From a virus (taxonomy: Duplodnaviria; Caudoviricetes): a stretch of 52,790 nt of DNA. The notes beneath the pieces are model-generated. The model was given only the letters and a program-made list of their open reading frames with translations. It ran no database searches and had not been told where the DNA came from. The position numbers and the translations under genes are program-made. How positions within the stretch are numbered: the first letter of the stretch is position 1; every line of letters starts with the position of its first letter. The stretch lies in the IMG/VR virus record IMGVR_UViG_3300049846_001564, positions 1-52,790 of that record. The stretch is one strand, 5' to 3'. Positions 29,732-39,464 of the stretch are shown here, piece by piece.

Positions 29732-30148
29732 TTAAAAAATTAATTTGGCATATCGTACTGCAATAGTAATACGGATTATCAACGGGTCAGCACTTTTATA
29801 TTCCAAACGTCCGAAATCTATTGATTTTATATCACCAACAACTTCCCATTGTTCTACCGTATCCCCCACCGGGCCTAATATTTTAATTATAATAGATATG
29901 GATTGATCATCTAACTGCATCAATTTTTTAATACCGTTAATGACAACTTGACCGGTAGATGGCGTGATGGGATCATACATACCGAATACCATGTCTTCCC
30001 ATACTATTCCACATTGTGTCTTATTAATAGATGGTCTCGAAGCTTCACATATTACGAAATTCGGTATCTCAAATGGAGCTCCGAATTCAACAATATACCT
30101 ATTTTCAATTTTAGGCTCGAAAGGAACTGATTTAAATTCAAGTGGCAT
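29732..30148 (-). CDS. T4 gp19-like tail tube protein
   Basis: FEPK..NRY, SRPS, YDPITPS, LGPVGDTVEQW, DFG.L. Confidence 0.7.
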   Translation of the reverse strand: MPLEFKSVPFEPKIENRYIVEFGAPFEIPNFVICEASRPSINKTQCGIVWEDMVFGMYDPITPSTGQVVINGIKKLMQLDDQSISIIIKILGPVGDTVEQWEVVGDIKSIDFGRLEYKSADPLIIRITIAVRYAKLIF

Positions 30149-30171
30149 AATTAAAATTTTATTATATTAGA

Positions 30172-31032
30172 TTATACATTTAAGGTCTTATTCCAAGCGG
30201 CAATGTGTAATCTAGTCAACCCGCGGAATCTATACTTCTTAGCCATTTCCATAACGAATCTGGTACGTTCTTCGAAATCATTGACATCATCTAAACCAGG
30301 CATACACACTACATTATGTAGTGGAATATTAAATGGTTCGACAAAGTCTCTAAATATTTCTTTAACGTCTTCTTCTGTACTAATAACAAACTTGAATTGG
30401 TAATTATCATGTTCCATAATACGTTTTATAGCTAAGGGAACTATTCGTTGTTTTTCAGTCATTCCTGAATTGGAAAGTTTAGGGGAACAATTTATTTGAG
30501 ACAACCATGAAAATAATTCATCCCCTATATAAAAAGTTCCATTAGTTTCAATTTCATGGAAAGGAATATAATCTAGATCTACAAGTTCATTCTTAGAATC
30601 TTCTAACTCCCATAATCTCCAATAATTAATAAAATTGACTATTTCTTCCTGATGATGTGGGATAGTAGGCTCACCACCTGTCCATATTAAATGAATAGTG
30701 CCATTCAATATATCATCATATATTCCTTGCTCTTTCCACCTGTCAATCAGATATTGAAAATCTTTATTTTCACCTCTTACAGCCCATTGGGAAACACTAT
30801 CACAAGTCCAAGTAGCTTCACCGGACATATGTAAATCACCGGTAATTACTTCTCCATCCTCAATATTGGATGGGCCGCCTTTAATTATTTCATTCATATG
30901 TCTTCTAGATAACCCACAATGCAAATTGCAATTAGCTAATCTAATAAAATATGATGGTACGCCGGAAGATATTCCTTCTCCTTGAATAGAATAAAAATCC
31001 GAACTAATTAATAGTTTATTTTCGCTGTTCAT
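30172..31032 (-). CDS. queE: 7-carboxy-7-deazaguanine synthase (radical SAM)
   Basis: FYSIQGEG, CNLHC...(insert)...CDS, TGGEP, IETNG, CSPKL, RLH. Confidence 0.9.
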   Translation of the reverse strand: MNSENKLLISSDFYSIQGEGISSGVPSYFIRLANCNLHCGLSRRHMNEIIKGGPSNIEDGEVITGDLHMSGEATWTCDSVSQWAVRGENKDFQYLIDRWKEQGIYDDILNGTIHLIWTGGEPTIPHHQEEIVNFINYWRLWELEDSKNELVDLDYIPFHEIETNGTFYIGDELFSWLSQINCSPKLSNSGMTEKQRIVPLAIKRIMEHDNYQFKFVISTEEDVKEIFRDFVEPFNIPLHNVVCMPGLDDVNDFEERTRFVMEMAKKYRFRGLTRLHIAAWNKTLNV

Positions 31033-31068
31033 GACTTAAATATATAATAAATAGTACTTAAAATCAAA

Positions 31069-32397
31069 TTACCATTCTTCTATAGGGGCAGCTGAATTGA
31101 ACCCGACCTTCACTTTGCGAGCCCGATCCCGTAAAGGCGAATTTCGATATTTACCTTGCTGTATTGACTTATCAACAAAATCATACATCTTCTTAATTTC
31201 ATCAAGTCTTTTTGATTTATATTCAACAAATGCAGTACTAGTCAATTCATATTCTTGTGCTGCTGATTCAATCAACAGATCTTCACACATACATTTAATT
31301 TCAACACCGGTCATATTATCAAACATGATATGCTGATCAGTCAAAGGTAAAGACTTAAAGACCTTGCTATATTTCCTAGGTCCTAGGTAATGTTTAACAC
31401 AATCAATTGCAGTTGCACCTTTTAATGGACCAAATTCAAGTACTTTATCGATTCTTTGTTTACGTTGTAAAATAGTAGAATCAATACGTTCAGGATAGTT
31501 TGTAGTAAATATTTTAAAACACCCTGCTTTATTTTTCGGTGTATGTACTCCGGATAAACTATTTTTAACGCTAGAATTTACGCGTGCCATATCACCTCCT
31601 ATATTATATTTGGCTAATTCTTCTTCAGCTTCTTCCAAAAATACTATAGTAGGTATTGAATATTTGGCGGCTAATTTTTGATGCCCTAACATATTTGCTA
31701 CGTTATCTGCAAATACTACACAATGCGTATCCTTATACTTTAATGCTATTTGATTTAATAATTCAGTTTTGCCGGTACCGGGAATTGAATATAATAACAA
31801 AGTTCTGTCATGAAATTTTCGTTGCGGTAATCTAGAAAAATGCAACGCCAATTCATCATATATTAATTTAGCATTATCATGTATAACTAAATTCGCAGTT
31901 GGTTGATATTCTGAATAGTCAAACCCATCTATAGTAGTAACTGTTTGATATATACCTATTTTAGGTTTGGCTTGCTGTTCAAATTCATAAAATAGCAATG
32001 TAAATAATTTATTTAAAAAAGATATATCACTTAGATAAAATGATTCTACTCCCGTGTTTTTACCAAAACCAAATTCCCATTTAACTAAATACCCTATTTC
32101 TCCCGTCGATAATGTTATTTTAAATATACCGGTTCTGTCTGATATACACATATTAGCTGGCCGATGTGGTTGAAATATACCTTTGTTACTTAATGAAACG
32201 AAATGCGGTATATTAGATTCAACAATCTCAATATTGGAAATATGATATTTACAAATAGGGATTTGTTTATTTTTCATATTAAAAATTTCCGAATATTTTA
32301 CAGAGCTGTTAGTCCTACTAACTATATATTTTTTAGTAGGGAACTCTTTTTTGTAAAGCTTCTTTACATCATTTACAAGTGTATCGATTCTTCTCAT
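31069..32397 (-). CDS. AAA+ ATPase
   Basis: PGTGKT Walker A, VFLEE Walker B, TTNYPERID sensor 1, RID. Confidence 0.75.
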   Translation of the reverse strand: MRRIDTLVNDVKKLYKKEFPTKKYIVSRTNSSVKYSEIFNMKNKQIPICKYHISNIEIVESNIPHFVSLSNKGIFQPHRPANMCISDRTGIFKITLSTGEIGYLVKWEFGFGKNTGVESFYLSDISFLNKLFTLLFYEFEQQAKPKIGIYQTVTTIDGFDYSEYQPTANLVIHDNAKLIYDELALHFSRLPQRKFHDRTLLLYSIPGTGKTELLNQIALKYKDTHCVVFADNVANMLGHQKLAAKYSIPTIVFLEEAEEELAKYNIGGDMARVNSSVKNSLSGVHTPKNKAGCFKIFTTNYPERIDSTILQRKQRIDKVLEFGPLKGATAIDCVKHYLGPRKYSKVFKSLPLTDQHIMFDNMTGVEIKCMCEDLLIESAAQEYELTSTAFVEYKSKRLDEIKKMYDFVDKSIQQGKYRNSPLRDRARKVKVGFNSAAPIEEW

Positions 32398-32410
32398 TTA
32401 TTATTTAGTA

Positions 32411-32659
32411 TTAGTAAATATTTTTATTTTTTATATCTTTCCAAACTTTTATAAACCCATTCTTAACTATTAAGAACGCCATAACCGGACCAATAGCTGA
32501 CGCTATGTAATATAGTATAGGAATACTATCCGGGTCACTTGCCATGTCGATCATTAATGGTGTTATAAATATAGTTAAAATAATTGCTATAACAAATAAA
32601 AGTAAAAATCCATTACTTGATACTACATGAAACCATAATTGTAAATCTGTTTTTTTCAT
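32411..32659 (-). CDS. 2-TM membrane protein
   Basis: Two hydrophobic segments. Confidence 0.55.
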   Translation of the reverse strand: MKKTDLQLWFHVVSSNGFLLLFVIAIILTIFITPLMIDMASDPDSIPILYYIASAIGPVMAFLIVKNGFIKVWKDIKNKNIY

Positions 32660-32662
32660 ACG

Positions 32663-33451
32663 TTATATTTTTCTATCATCATATTCTACAATACCTTTAT
32701 TAATCGCATATTGGTGTATTTCATGTCCGCGCTCTAAATTAAAAGCATTCCATTCTTTAGTTGAAATAGAATCCTTAGTACACGTTGTATAACAATTAGG
32801 CGTCTCATATAAAGTTATTTTATGAATACGCAAATTATCATACTGCTTAAATAAGATTTCCATAGCTAAAAATATTTCTTTAGCTATATTCTCCGCAGAT
32901 GGATTACAATATTCTCTGGCGCCATTTAGTGACATCAACCATAATTTACTACCTAATTTTTTGGTTACGTCTATTAATTCAGTGTCCTTCGGATTGAGAA
33001 TCATGCCATGATCTAAAATATCATCTATCCATTGACACCCAACTCTTTTTATTTCTTTAAAGTCAATGGCATACCCAATAGCTTCCATTTCATTGAATTC
33101 AAATTCGAGTTCGTATAAATATGTGTGGCCCTAATTTGTTATCGTAGAAGTTCTTTATCATCTACTTCTTATAGTTTCCTATAAGATCGGACTATATCAT
33201 CAGTATATAACTGTCGGGAGCTCGTGGAAGTTTTATTGTTGGGACTCAACTTCTAGTCTCTGAACCTTTTATGAAACTCATAACCCTTCATAACTTGGCT
33301 GCTGATTGGCATATCTTTCGAATTAGCGTTCCAGCAATTCACCCGATTTATAGTGCACCGCTCAATGCACATTAAAACATTTCATTCTTTCATTCATAAC
33401 ACGATGGCCAGAATCAAAGGATCCTTTCCTCGTTATGTATTGTACTTTCAT
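32663..33451 (-). CDS. queD: 6-carboxytetrahydropterin synthase, two exons (33451-33365 and 33130-32663), 184 aa spliced
   Basis: Joining gives FDSGHRV..KCFNVH|GHTY..IDF..LDH..PSAENIA..YETP. Confidence 0.9.
33131..33364 (-). mobile_element. ORF-less group I intron, 234 nt
   Basis: Exon ends in U, intron ends in G; P1 GTGCAT/GTGCAC with U.G wobble; P AATTGCTGGAA, Q AATCAGCAGCC, R GTTCAGAGACTAG, S GATATAGTCC. Confidence 0.92.
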
Positions 33452-34088
33452 ATTCCATTAATTTAAATTTGTTATTGATTATATGTTTATAATGCGGCAA
33501 AAACTTTTTATTTACAATAAATATAACATTAAAATCAGTGTATTCCAAATACGCATAAATTTTTTTTATATTTCGATCTCTGCCTTTACTAGTAGCAGAT
33601 GCTATACCCGATACTTCTATAATGTTATTGTTGACTATAAAATCTGGTTTATATAATGCATCTAATATTTTTAAAGTAGGTTCCCGTAATACGGTGTGCG
33701 TGCATATCAATTTGTAAATTTCAACTTCATATGAACTCCTAAACCAAATATCTTTGTATTTTATTCCTCTATTTATATTGGACAATACTTTATTAAGGCT
33801 ATTTTCATTTGCCATAGGATTGTCTTTACCTCGTTTAAACCCGCATGCCGGTGTACTTGTACCGTATATTTCTTTATATGTTTTGCCTCGAGTCGAACAT
33901 CCCATTCCAAATCTACGACCCGGGGTTTTTATTATTTTACCACAACCGCATGCACATTCACGTGGTTGTTTGCACTCGGTGCACGTATAACATTTAACAT
34001 CAGCAGCTTTAAAATTTACATTGCAATATTTGCATTTACAATCAAACTTTAATTTTTTAGGAGCGTATTTGCCTCGAATTAAACTCAT
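33414..34088 (-). CDS. free-standing homing endonuclease-like protein (Cys-rich N-terminus, PD-(D/E)XK C-terminus)
   Basis: CACGCG, FRSSYE, YKPDF..IIEV; overlaps queD exon 1. Confidence 0.65.
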   Translation of the reverse strand: MSLIRGKYAPKKLKFDCKCKYCNVNFKAADVKCYTCTECKQPRECACGCGKIIKTPGRRFGMGCSTRGKTYKEIYGTSTPACGFKRGKDNPMANENSLNKVLSNINRGIKYKDIWFRSSYEVEIYKLICTHTVLREPTLKILDALYKPDFIVNNNIIEVSGIASATSKGRDRNIKKIYAYLEYTDFNVIFIVNKKFLPHYKHIINNKFKLMEYESTIHNEERIL

Positions 34089-34168
34089 TGTTGTACATAG
34101 TATTATTTACTATAAATATACCAAATGCTAAAAATACCATGCCTATAATAATGATAGTTCAAACAATA

Positions 34169-34321
34169 TTACACGGTTTCTTCCATTATACCTACTATTT
34201 CAGCAACTAAAAAAATACCAGCTGAAATTTCAAACATTTTAGCAAATAAAGCTATACAGGCAACTATACGTAAGCATGATTTAAACATACTTAAGTGAAA
34301 ATGTGTTAATTTTCCTTTCAT
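34169..34321 (-). CDS. small membrane protein, 50 aa (not in ORF track)
   Basis: MKGKLTHFHLSMFKSCLRIVAC...AEIVGIMEETV; TAATG-coupled to the upstream ORF. Confidence 0.6.
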   Translation of the reverse strand: MKGKLTHFHLSMFKSCLRIVACIALFAKMFEISAGIFLVAEIVGIMEETV

Positions 34322-34524
34322 TATATTACAAAATATTCTTGTTTAACTTCATGAAATGCAGGCATACGTAGGCCAGTTTCTTCATCAACCTTAAAACCGA
34401 ATCTAAAAAAATAACGGCCTTGTAAATATGCTTTCAAATGAGCTTTTTCAAAATTAGCATCTTTTTTCTCAGGAAAAAGATTACCTAAAAACTTACGTGA
34501 TAATTTTCTAGTTTGTTTTTTCAT
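34321..34524 (-). CDS. hypothetical protein
   Basis: Packed ORF. Confidence 0.55.
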   Translation of the reverse strand: MKKQTRKLSRKFLGNLFPEKKDANFEKAHLKAYLQGRYFFRFGFKVDEETGLRMPAFHEVKQEYFVI

Positions 34525-34693
34525 TTTTTAACTTTTTAATTTTTATTCGAAATATATTCTTAATATAATAACCACTCGGTATTAAACCAAATAATAGTAG
34601 AAAAATATTTGCATGCGGCTCACCGCATAAACCAAATAAATGTTTTATCGTTTCAATCATTTTAAAACTTTTTAATTGTTGAATAGCACTCAT
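34508..34693 (-). CDS. small membrane hypothetical protein
   Basis: HLFGLCGEPH followed by a hydrophobic segment. Confidence 0.5.
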   Translation of the reverse strand: MSAIQQLKSFKMIETIKHLFGLCGEPHANIFLLLFGLIPSGYYIKNIFRIKIKKLKNEKTN

Positions 34694-34725
34694 ATTTGAG
34701 TGCTACCCAACGCATACACACTAAA

Positions 34726-34935
34726 CTATTCGTTAACCGAACTTACATTTGATAATTGGATTCGTTTCCTTGCCTGAATTCTAAAATATATAGTTCCACT
34801 TAAACCCACTATGGTTAATATATCTCTTAATGTAGCATCAACATCAAAACCTAATAATTGTGTAAGTATTGGTGCCAATGCAACCACTGCAGACCAAATC
34901 GTTCTCGATTCAATCCAAGATTTTACTTCTACCAT
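34726..34935 (-). CDS. small holin-like membrane protein
   Basis: KSWIESRTIW, two hydrophobic segments, basic tail. Confidence 0.4.
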   Translation of the reverse strand: MVEVKSWIESRTIWSAVVALAPILTQLLGFDVDATLRDILTIVGLSGTIYFRIQARKRIQLSNVSSVNE

Positions 34936-34938
34936 ATA

Positions 34939-35283
34939 TTATTTAGATTCAGATAAAGTTTTACGTTGATCACGCAATTTAGCTGCCAACTCAAAATCTT
35001 CTGAATTAATAGCTTCTTCCAGTTGTTTTTCGATGTCTTTTAATTTTAAAGACTTTTCTTTTTGGTCTTCATATCCAATTGGGTATGATTGTGTACTAAT
35101 AATTTTAGTTTCACCGTCAGTCGATGTATATGTATTTGTTACAATAACATATCCATTCTTTTCTTCACGAGAAGTTTCAACGATACCAGACTTTTTTAGT
35201 TCTTCCCAATCGTAATCCATTTTTGGTGATTCGAATCCAAATAAGGATGACAAATCAAATAAACTTTTTCTTCTTCCGAACAT
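34939..35283 (-). CDS. protein with C-terminal UvrB/UvrC coiled-coil motif
   Basis: LEEAINSEDFELAAKLRD. Confidence 0.75.
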   Translation of the reverse strand: MFGRRKSLFDLSSLFGFESPKMDYDWEELKKSGIVETSREEKNGYVIVTNTYTSTDGETKIISTQSYPIGYEDQKEKSLKLKDIEKQLEEAINSEDFELAAKLRDQRKTLSESK

Positions 35284-35295
35284 AGTATTATAATT

Positions 35296-35478
35296 TTAAA
35301 CGTTAACTGATTTAACTTGTTCACTTATTTCCTTACGATAAGTTTTACAAATTTTACTAATTTCTTGTAAAGCTTTACGAGCCCTACGAGCCGCGGCCTT
35401 ATTTCCTTTTTCAGTAAAGGCCAAAGCATTTGTTTCTAATTCTAACATTAATTGTTTTAAATCACTGATTTGTTGCAT
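35296..35478 (-). CDS. Hc1/histone H1-like nucleoid protein
   Basis: KGNKAAARRARKAL.EI.K.CK.YRK. Confidence 0.75.
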   Translation of the reverse strand: MQQISDLKQLMLELETNALAFTEKGNKAAARRARKALQEISKICKTYRKEISEQVKSVNV

Positions 35479-35528
35479 ATAACTTTTGTTTTAAAGATTT
35501 ATAATAAATATAAGTAACCTAAATTTAT

Positions 35529-36680
35529 CTACCAAATAAAATATTTATTACGTTTAACTAATTTCATTTCCTTTAAGATATTTGAATTAGAATCCGAAAT
35601 AACAACCATATAAATACCCGCAGGAAACTTACTGATATTAATATTGTTAGTGCCTATATGTAATTCATCTGCCTCAACAATATCGCCGGATATACCAAAT
35701 ATATTATAAAATACATACTTATGTTCGTGTTGTGCTATCTCTATAATTAAATTATCCGTAGCTGGATTCGGAAATATATTTATTACTGGATTCATATTAA
35801 TTTTGGTTATACCTACCGACAATGGTGGTTGTGTTATAGTTATAGTTTTACCCGCTACATCAATGGTTCCTGTCCTAAGAGATGAAGTTAAATTATCAGC
35901 AACTGTAATAGATACATTACCGGTACCGGAACCTACCGAATTAGTAGATAACCATGAAGCTCCTTGTGTTACGGTAGCTTGCCATTGACAACCTCCCTGT
36001 ACAGTAACCGTTGATATATTATTATATACTGCAAAATTTGAATTAGGGCACGTAAAAGATGAAGGACCTATTGTATAATTACAAGTCATAGTCGCAGTAA
36101 CATAAAAATCATCCATTCTAAAAACAGTATTGCCGGACGCGTTACTTATAAACCGCATACGTATTCTAACATTTTTATTTTGGTTTACATAACCATATGG
36201 TATAACCAAATAATATGAAGACCATGGTGCGCAGCTTCCATTATTATAACCGGGCTGAGCTTGCAATACTCCTAAATACCCTAGGTCTTTTTTTAATACA
36301 GTACCGGACGCGTCTAATATATCAAAAAATACATAGTCACCCACAGTCAACATCTCGCTCGTACTAATAGATGCTTTTAAGAAAAGAGTACATGCAGTAG
36401 TAGCTTGCGGACACATGAAAAATGGCGACAACAACGTGTCAGCCATATTACTATATCCGGTTTTACCATCCGTAGATCCGGACCAAACATATTTATTTGA
36501 ACTACTTTGTCCGCAGGAATTAGAATCAATCCTTAGTGTGCCTACTTTATCAAACACCCATCCAGTATTACCGTTATTGAAATCGCCATTTGGTATTGAT
36601 ATAGTTACTGTTTGTGCAAAAGTTTGGATGTTACACCAAACTATAAATAATAAAAATAAAATTATCTTTTTCATATTCAA
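35529..36680 (-). CDS. secreted protein with BACON domain and T9SS C-terminal sorting domain
   Basis: Signal peptide ..TFAQ; CQWQAT..SWL..RTGTI..ITITQ; IFPNPA..INISKFPAGIYMV..KLVK. Confidence 0.8.
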   Translation of the reverse strand: MNMKKIILFLLFIVWCNIQTFAQTVTISIPNGDFNNGNTGWVFDKVGTLRIDSNSCGQSSSNKYVWSGSTDGKTGYSNMADTLLSPFFMCPQATTACTLFLKASISTSEMLTVGDYVFFDILDASGTVLKKDLGYLGVLQAQPGYNNGSCAPWSSYYLVIPYGYVNQNKNVRIRMRFISNASGNTVFRMDDFYVTATMTCNYTIGPSSFTCPNSNFAVYNNISTVTVQGGCQWQATVTQGASWLSTNSVGSGTGNVSITVADNLTSSLRTGTIDVAGKTITITQPPLSVGITKINMNPVINIFPNPATDNLIIEIAQHEHKYVFYNIFGISGDIVEADELHIGTNNINISKFPAGIYMVVISDSNSNILKEMKLVKRNKYFIW

Positions 36681-36724
36681 AATATAAACATAAAAATAGA
36701 TAATATAATTGATACTACCAAATT

Positions 36725-37540
36725 TTATTTTACGTCCGAATCTTTTGGTGCTATAAAATTGACCATTCCCTTACTCAATAATTTCTTATAATCGGTAGAA
36801 TCATCCGTTTGCGGCATTGATTTTCTATCCGCAGCCCATGGTTTGGGAGCATTATTCTGTTTCATTTTACTAACATTATTCCAAATATATGATGCTAGTG
36901 ATTCAGAATTATTATTTGATATTTTTTCATGCTTATAATACAAGGAAGTGCATTCAGGTATAGCCGTGTCTGTAACATATTTTTTTACCTTACCCTCCGA
37001 TGTATTCAATAAATTTTGTCCTTTTACTGTAGCAGTAGGCATTTCCCCGGTATCAGCTACAATTGCCAAATGAACAGCTTTTAATATGGTTTCCGGGTGT
37101 TGTGGTACTTTAAAGTCAACAACTCGTATGCTAGCTTCCGGGTTACAAATATATAATTGGCTCCAACGATGATGCCCGTCAATAATCCATTTACTATTTA
37201 ATACTACGATAGGACTTGAAACGGTGATTGATCCACCTTCAAGAAATTTATCTACTTGTTTATATTGATCAACCAAAATTACTTTTAATGATTGTTCAAA
37301 TCCTATTTCGTTTTGAGTGGGCAATAAATTCTTTACTGGAATTGATTTTTCCGCAAAAGTTATTTTTTCATCATTAGGTTTACCATCAGTTAAACCGGCT
37401 TGTATAACCGCTTGGATTCTCTTATCACTTGCCAATGTCTTAAACTTATCAGCAAATTTATCGATAGGATAATCAAGTATATGTTGCAATACTTGAGTAG
37501 CCGCATTGGTTTCTAATAAAAGTGATTTAAGTTTAATCAT
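36725..37540 (-). CDS. ParB/Srx-like domain protein
   Basis: LLPTQ, PIVV, IIDGHHRW. Confidence 0.7.
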   Translation of the reverse strand: MIKLKSLLLETNAATQVLQHILDYPIDKFADKFKTLASDKRIQAVIQAGLTDGKPNDEKITFAEKSIPVKNLLPTQNEIGFEQSLKVILVDQYKQVDKFLEGGSITVSSPIVVLNSKWIIDGHHRWSQLYICNPEASIRVVDFKVPQHPETILKAVHLAIVADTGEMPTATVKGQNLLNTSEGKVKKYVTDTAIPECTSLYYKHEKISNNNSESLASYIWNNVSKMKQNNAPKPWAADRKSMPQTDDSTDYKKLLSKGMVNFIAPKDSDVK

Positions 37541-37543
37541 GTT

Positions 37544-38737
37544 TTAATACACAGTCGTAGTTCCGTGCGTAAGCCTATTATATTTAGGAACGGATTTATT
37601 AAAATTACTACCTACACGATTCACCTGAAATTCACTATGGTCATCATATCGATCATCATTTGGTTTGAATATTCGTTTAACATTATTCAGTTTCACTATA
37701 TTATCCGTATAATAATCATAACCAGGGGCGCCAAATGTGAATCCTGTCATTTTACTTAAACGTTTTTCATCTGAAGTCGACATTTCCTTCGTTGTTCTAA
37801 AAAATATTCTAGGATGCGGTTCGCGGCCGTAATCAATATATAACATATCACACGGAGAAGTTTCACCGGTGTACCCGGCGCCACTCGTATATTTTTCCTT
37901 TGCGAGCTTATATCCTAATTTGTGTAATGCTGCCAATACAACATTGCACCTATCATTTATTTGTTTAAGTTCCTCAGGCGAAAATTTCGGTGCTTTTTTC
38001 TTGGTACTTGGTTTAGACTCGTCCTCTGCTTCATCATCTAACATACCCTGCAAAATATCTTTAAATTCCTCTACAGCGACATTAGCAGAAACATATCCAT
38101 TTAGTTCTTCTTGTTCCCAATCATCAGTATAATCTATACCAACTTGCTTAGCGAGTCTAGTCATTTCTTTCTGTGATTCTTCGTATACATCCTCATCTTC
38201 TTTATACCGAGCTCGCTGAGCTAATAATGATTTCAATTTAGAAAAATCTAAATCTTTAATCTTTTTGGGAGTATTGGCTTCCGATAATCTATTAGCTTCG
38301 CTCGTTATTCCAGCGCCGTATTTTTGTTTTAATCTAGTTATAATTGAATCATAAGTGGCATATGGATCTACTAATTGTACATTTATAAATGATATTATAC
38401 CCTTAGATAGTTCCGAATTTTTAATCTTATTTTTAATTAGCATTTTTAATTTAGTCAATTTATCTAAATCAGTTTTAGCTAATTCATTCATACGTTGTTT
38501 AGGTAGCTTATCATATTTTTCAACGTCTTTTTCAAATTCAGATTCATATTTACGTTGTGCCTCGCGTGCATAATATGATGTGTAATCCATACTAGTTCCT
38601 GCTTCATACACGGCAGCAGCATATTCAATACCGTTCTTTTTAGCTACAGCATCTAAGAATTGTGCCTGTGCCGAAGTACCGGACGCAGTAAATCTACTTT
38701 TCTTTAATGCGTTTATTTTATCAAATATAGTACTCAT
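37544..38737 (-). CDS. hypothetical protein
   Basis: 397-aa ORF, helical and charged. Confidence 0.7.
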   Translation of the reverse strand: MSTIFDKINALKKSRFTASGTSAQAQFLDAVAKKNGIEYAAAVYEAGTSMDYTSYYAREAQRKYESEFEKDVEKYDKLPKQRMNELAKTDLDKLTKLKMLIKNKIKNSELSKGIISFINVQLVDPYATYDSIITRLKQKYGAGITSEANRLSEANTPKKIKDLDFSKLKSLLAQRARYKEDEDVYEESQKEMTRLAKQVGIDYTDDWEQEELNGYVSANVAVEEFKDILQGMLDDEAEDESKPSTKKKAPKFSPEELKQINDRCNVVLAALHKLGYKLAKEKYTSGAGYTGETSPCDMLYIDYGREPHPRIFFRTTKEMSTSDEKRLSKMTGFTFGAPGYDYYTDNIVKLNNVKRIFKPNDDRYDDHSEFQVNRVGSNFNKSVPKYNRLTHGTTTVY

Positions 38738-39201
38738 GATACGACCTTTAATTTAACCCAAATAATAAACTGACCTTCATACCCATCATCTGCGTGATTA
38801 AAAAATTCTACACGATCACCTACAAACCCGTGACCACCCATTCTAGCAATTCGTAATGATTTCGATGTGTCTATCTTATCAGCTAATTGATTTAATTTTT
38901 TATATATTTCATCTTTCAATGATTTTGATTTGGAAAATAATGTATCTTCAACTCGAACTCGAATCTCGATAGCATTATCTTCAGTAAAGATTGAATCAGT
39001 TTCAGTAAAGATTGAATCAGTACCATATTTATTATCTAACGTAACCAAATATTTTTGTATCAATCGTATTTCATCATTGAAATTATCAGACACTATTTTT
39101 AATCCTTGTATCTCAGCTGCCAGACTTTGCATTTTGATTGAAATCTTTTTAGTATATTTGTTTATCAACTCGTCTGGGCGAATCTTACCACTAGTAGCCA
39201 T
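38734..39201 (-). CDS. hypothetical protein
   Basis: 155-aa ORF. Confidence 0.65.
   Translation of the reverse strand: MATSGKIRPDELINKYTKKISIKMQSLAAEIQGLKIVSDNFNDEIRLIQKYLVTLDNKYGTDSIFTETDSIFTEDNAIEIRVRVEDTLFSKSKSLKDEIYKKLNQLADKIDTSKSLRIARMGGHGFVGDRVEFFNHADDGYEGQFIIWVKLKVVS
38980..39021. repeat. perfect 21-nt tandem duplication encoding TDSIFTE twice
   Basis: ttcagtaaagattgaatcagt x2. Confidence 0.85.
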
Positions 39202-39211
39202 AATTTTTAAT

Positions 39212-39445
39212 TTAATTTCCGGTTCTAACTTTTACTAATTTAGCACAAGTTTTTAATGATTGCCCGATTTTCCCGGCATCCATATTAGATAAACTTTCTT
39301 TATTGTCAGTGAAATATTTTGATAATGCTTCAAAAAATACTTGCATAGATTCAGCATCTAACTCAGTAACCACGTCTAATGCAGCGGCTGCCTGCCGGTT
39401 AGCTTGGTTACTATAATTCTCTTTTAAAATGTCTTTTAGTTTCAT
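39212..39445 (-). CDS. hypothetical protein (start MKLKDILKE)
   Basis: ATG just downstream of the ATATTTAT motif. Confidence 0.6.
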   Translation of the reverse strand: MKLKDILKENYSNQANRQAAAALDVVTELDAESMQVFFEALSKYFTDNKESLSNMDAGKIGQSLKTCAKLVKVRTGN

Positions 39446-39464
39446 AATAATAAATATATCCAAA

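Noticed and set aside
32663-33088. queD as a truncated pseudogene
   Set aside because: The missing N-terminus is present as exon 1 and rejoins in frame once the group I intron is removed.
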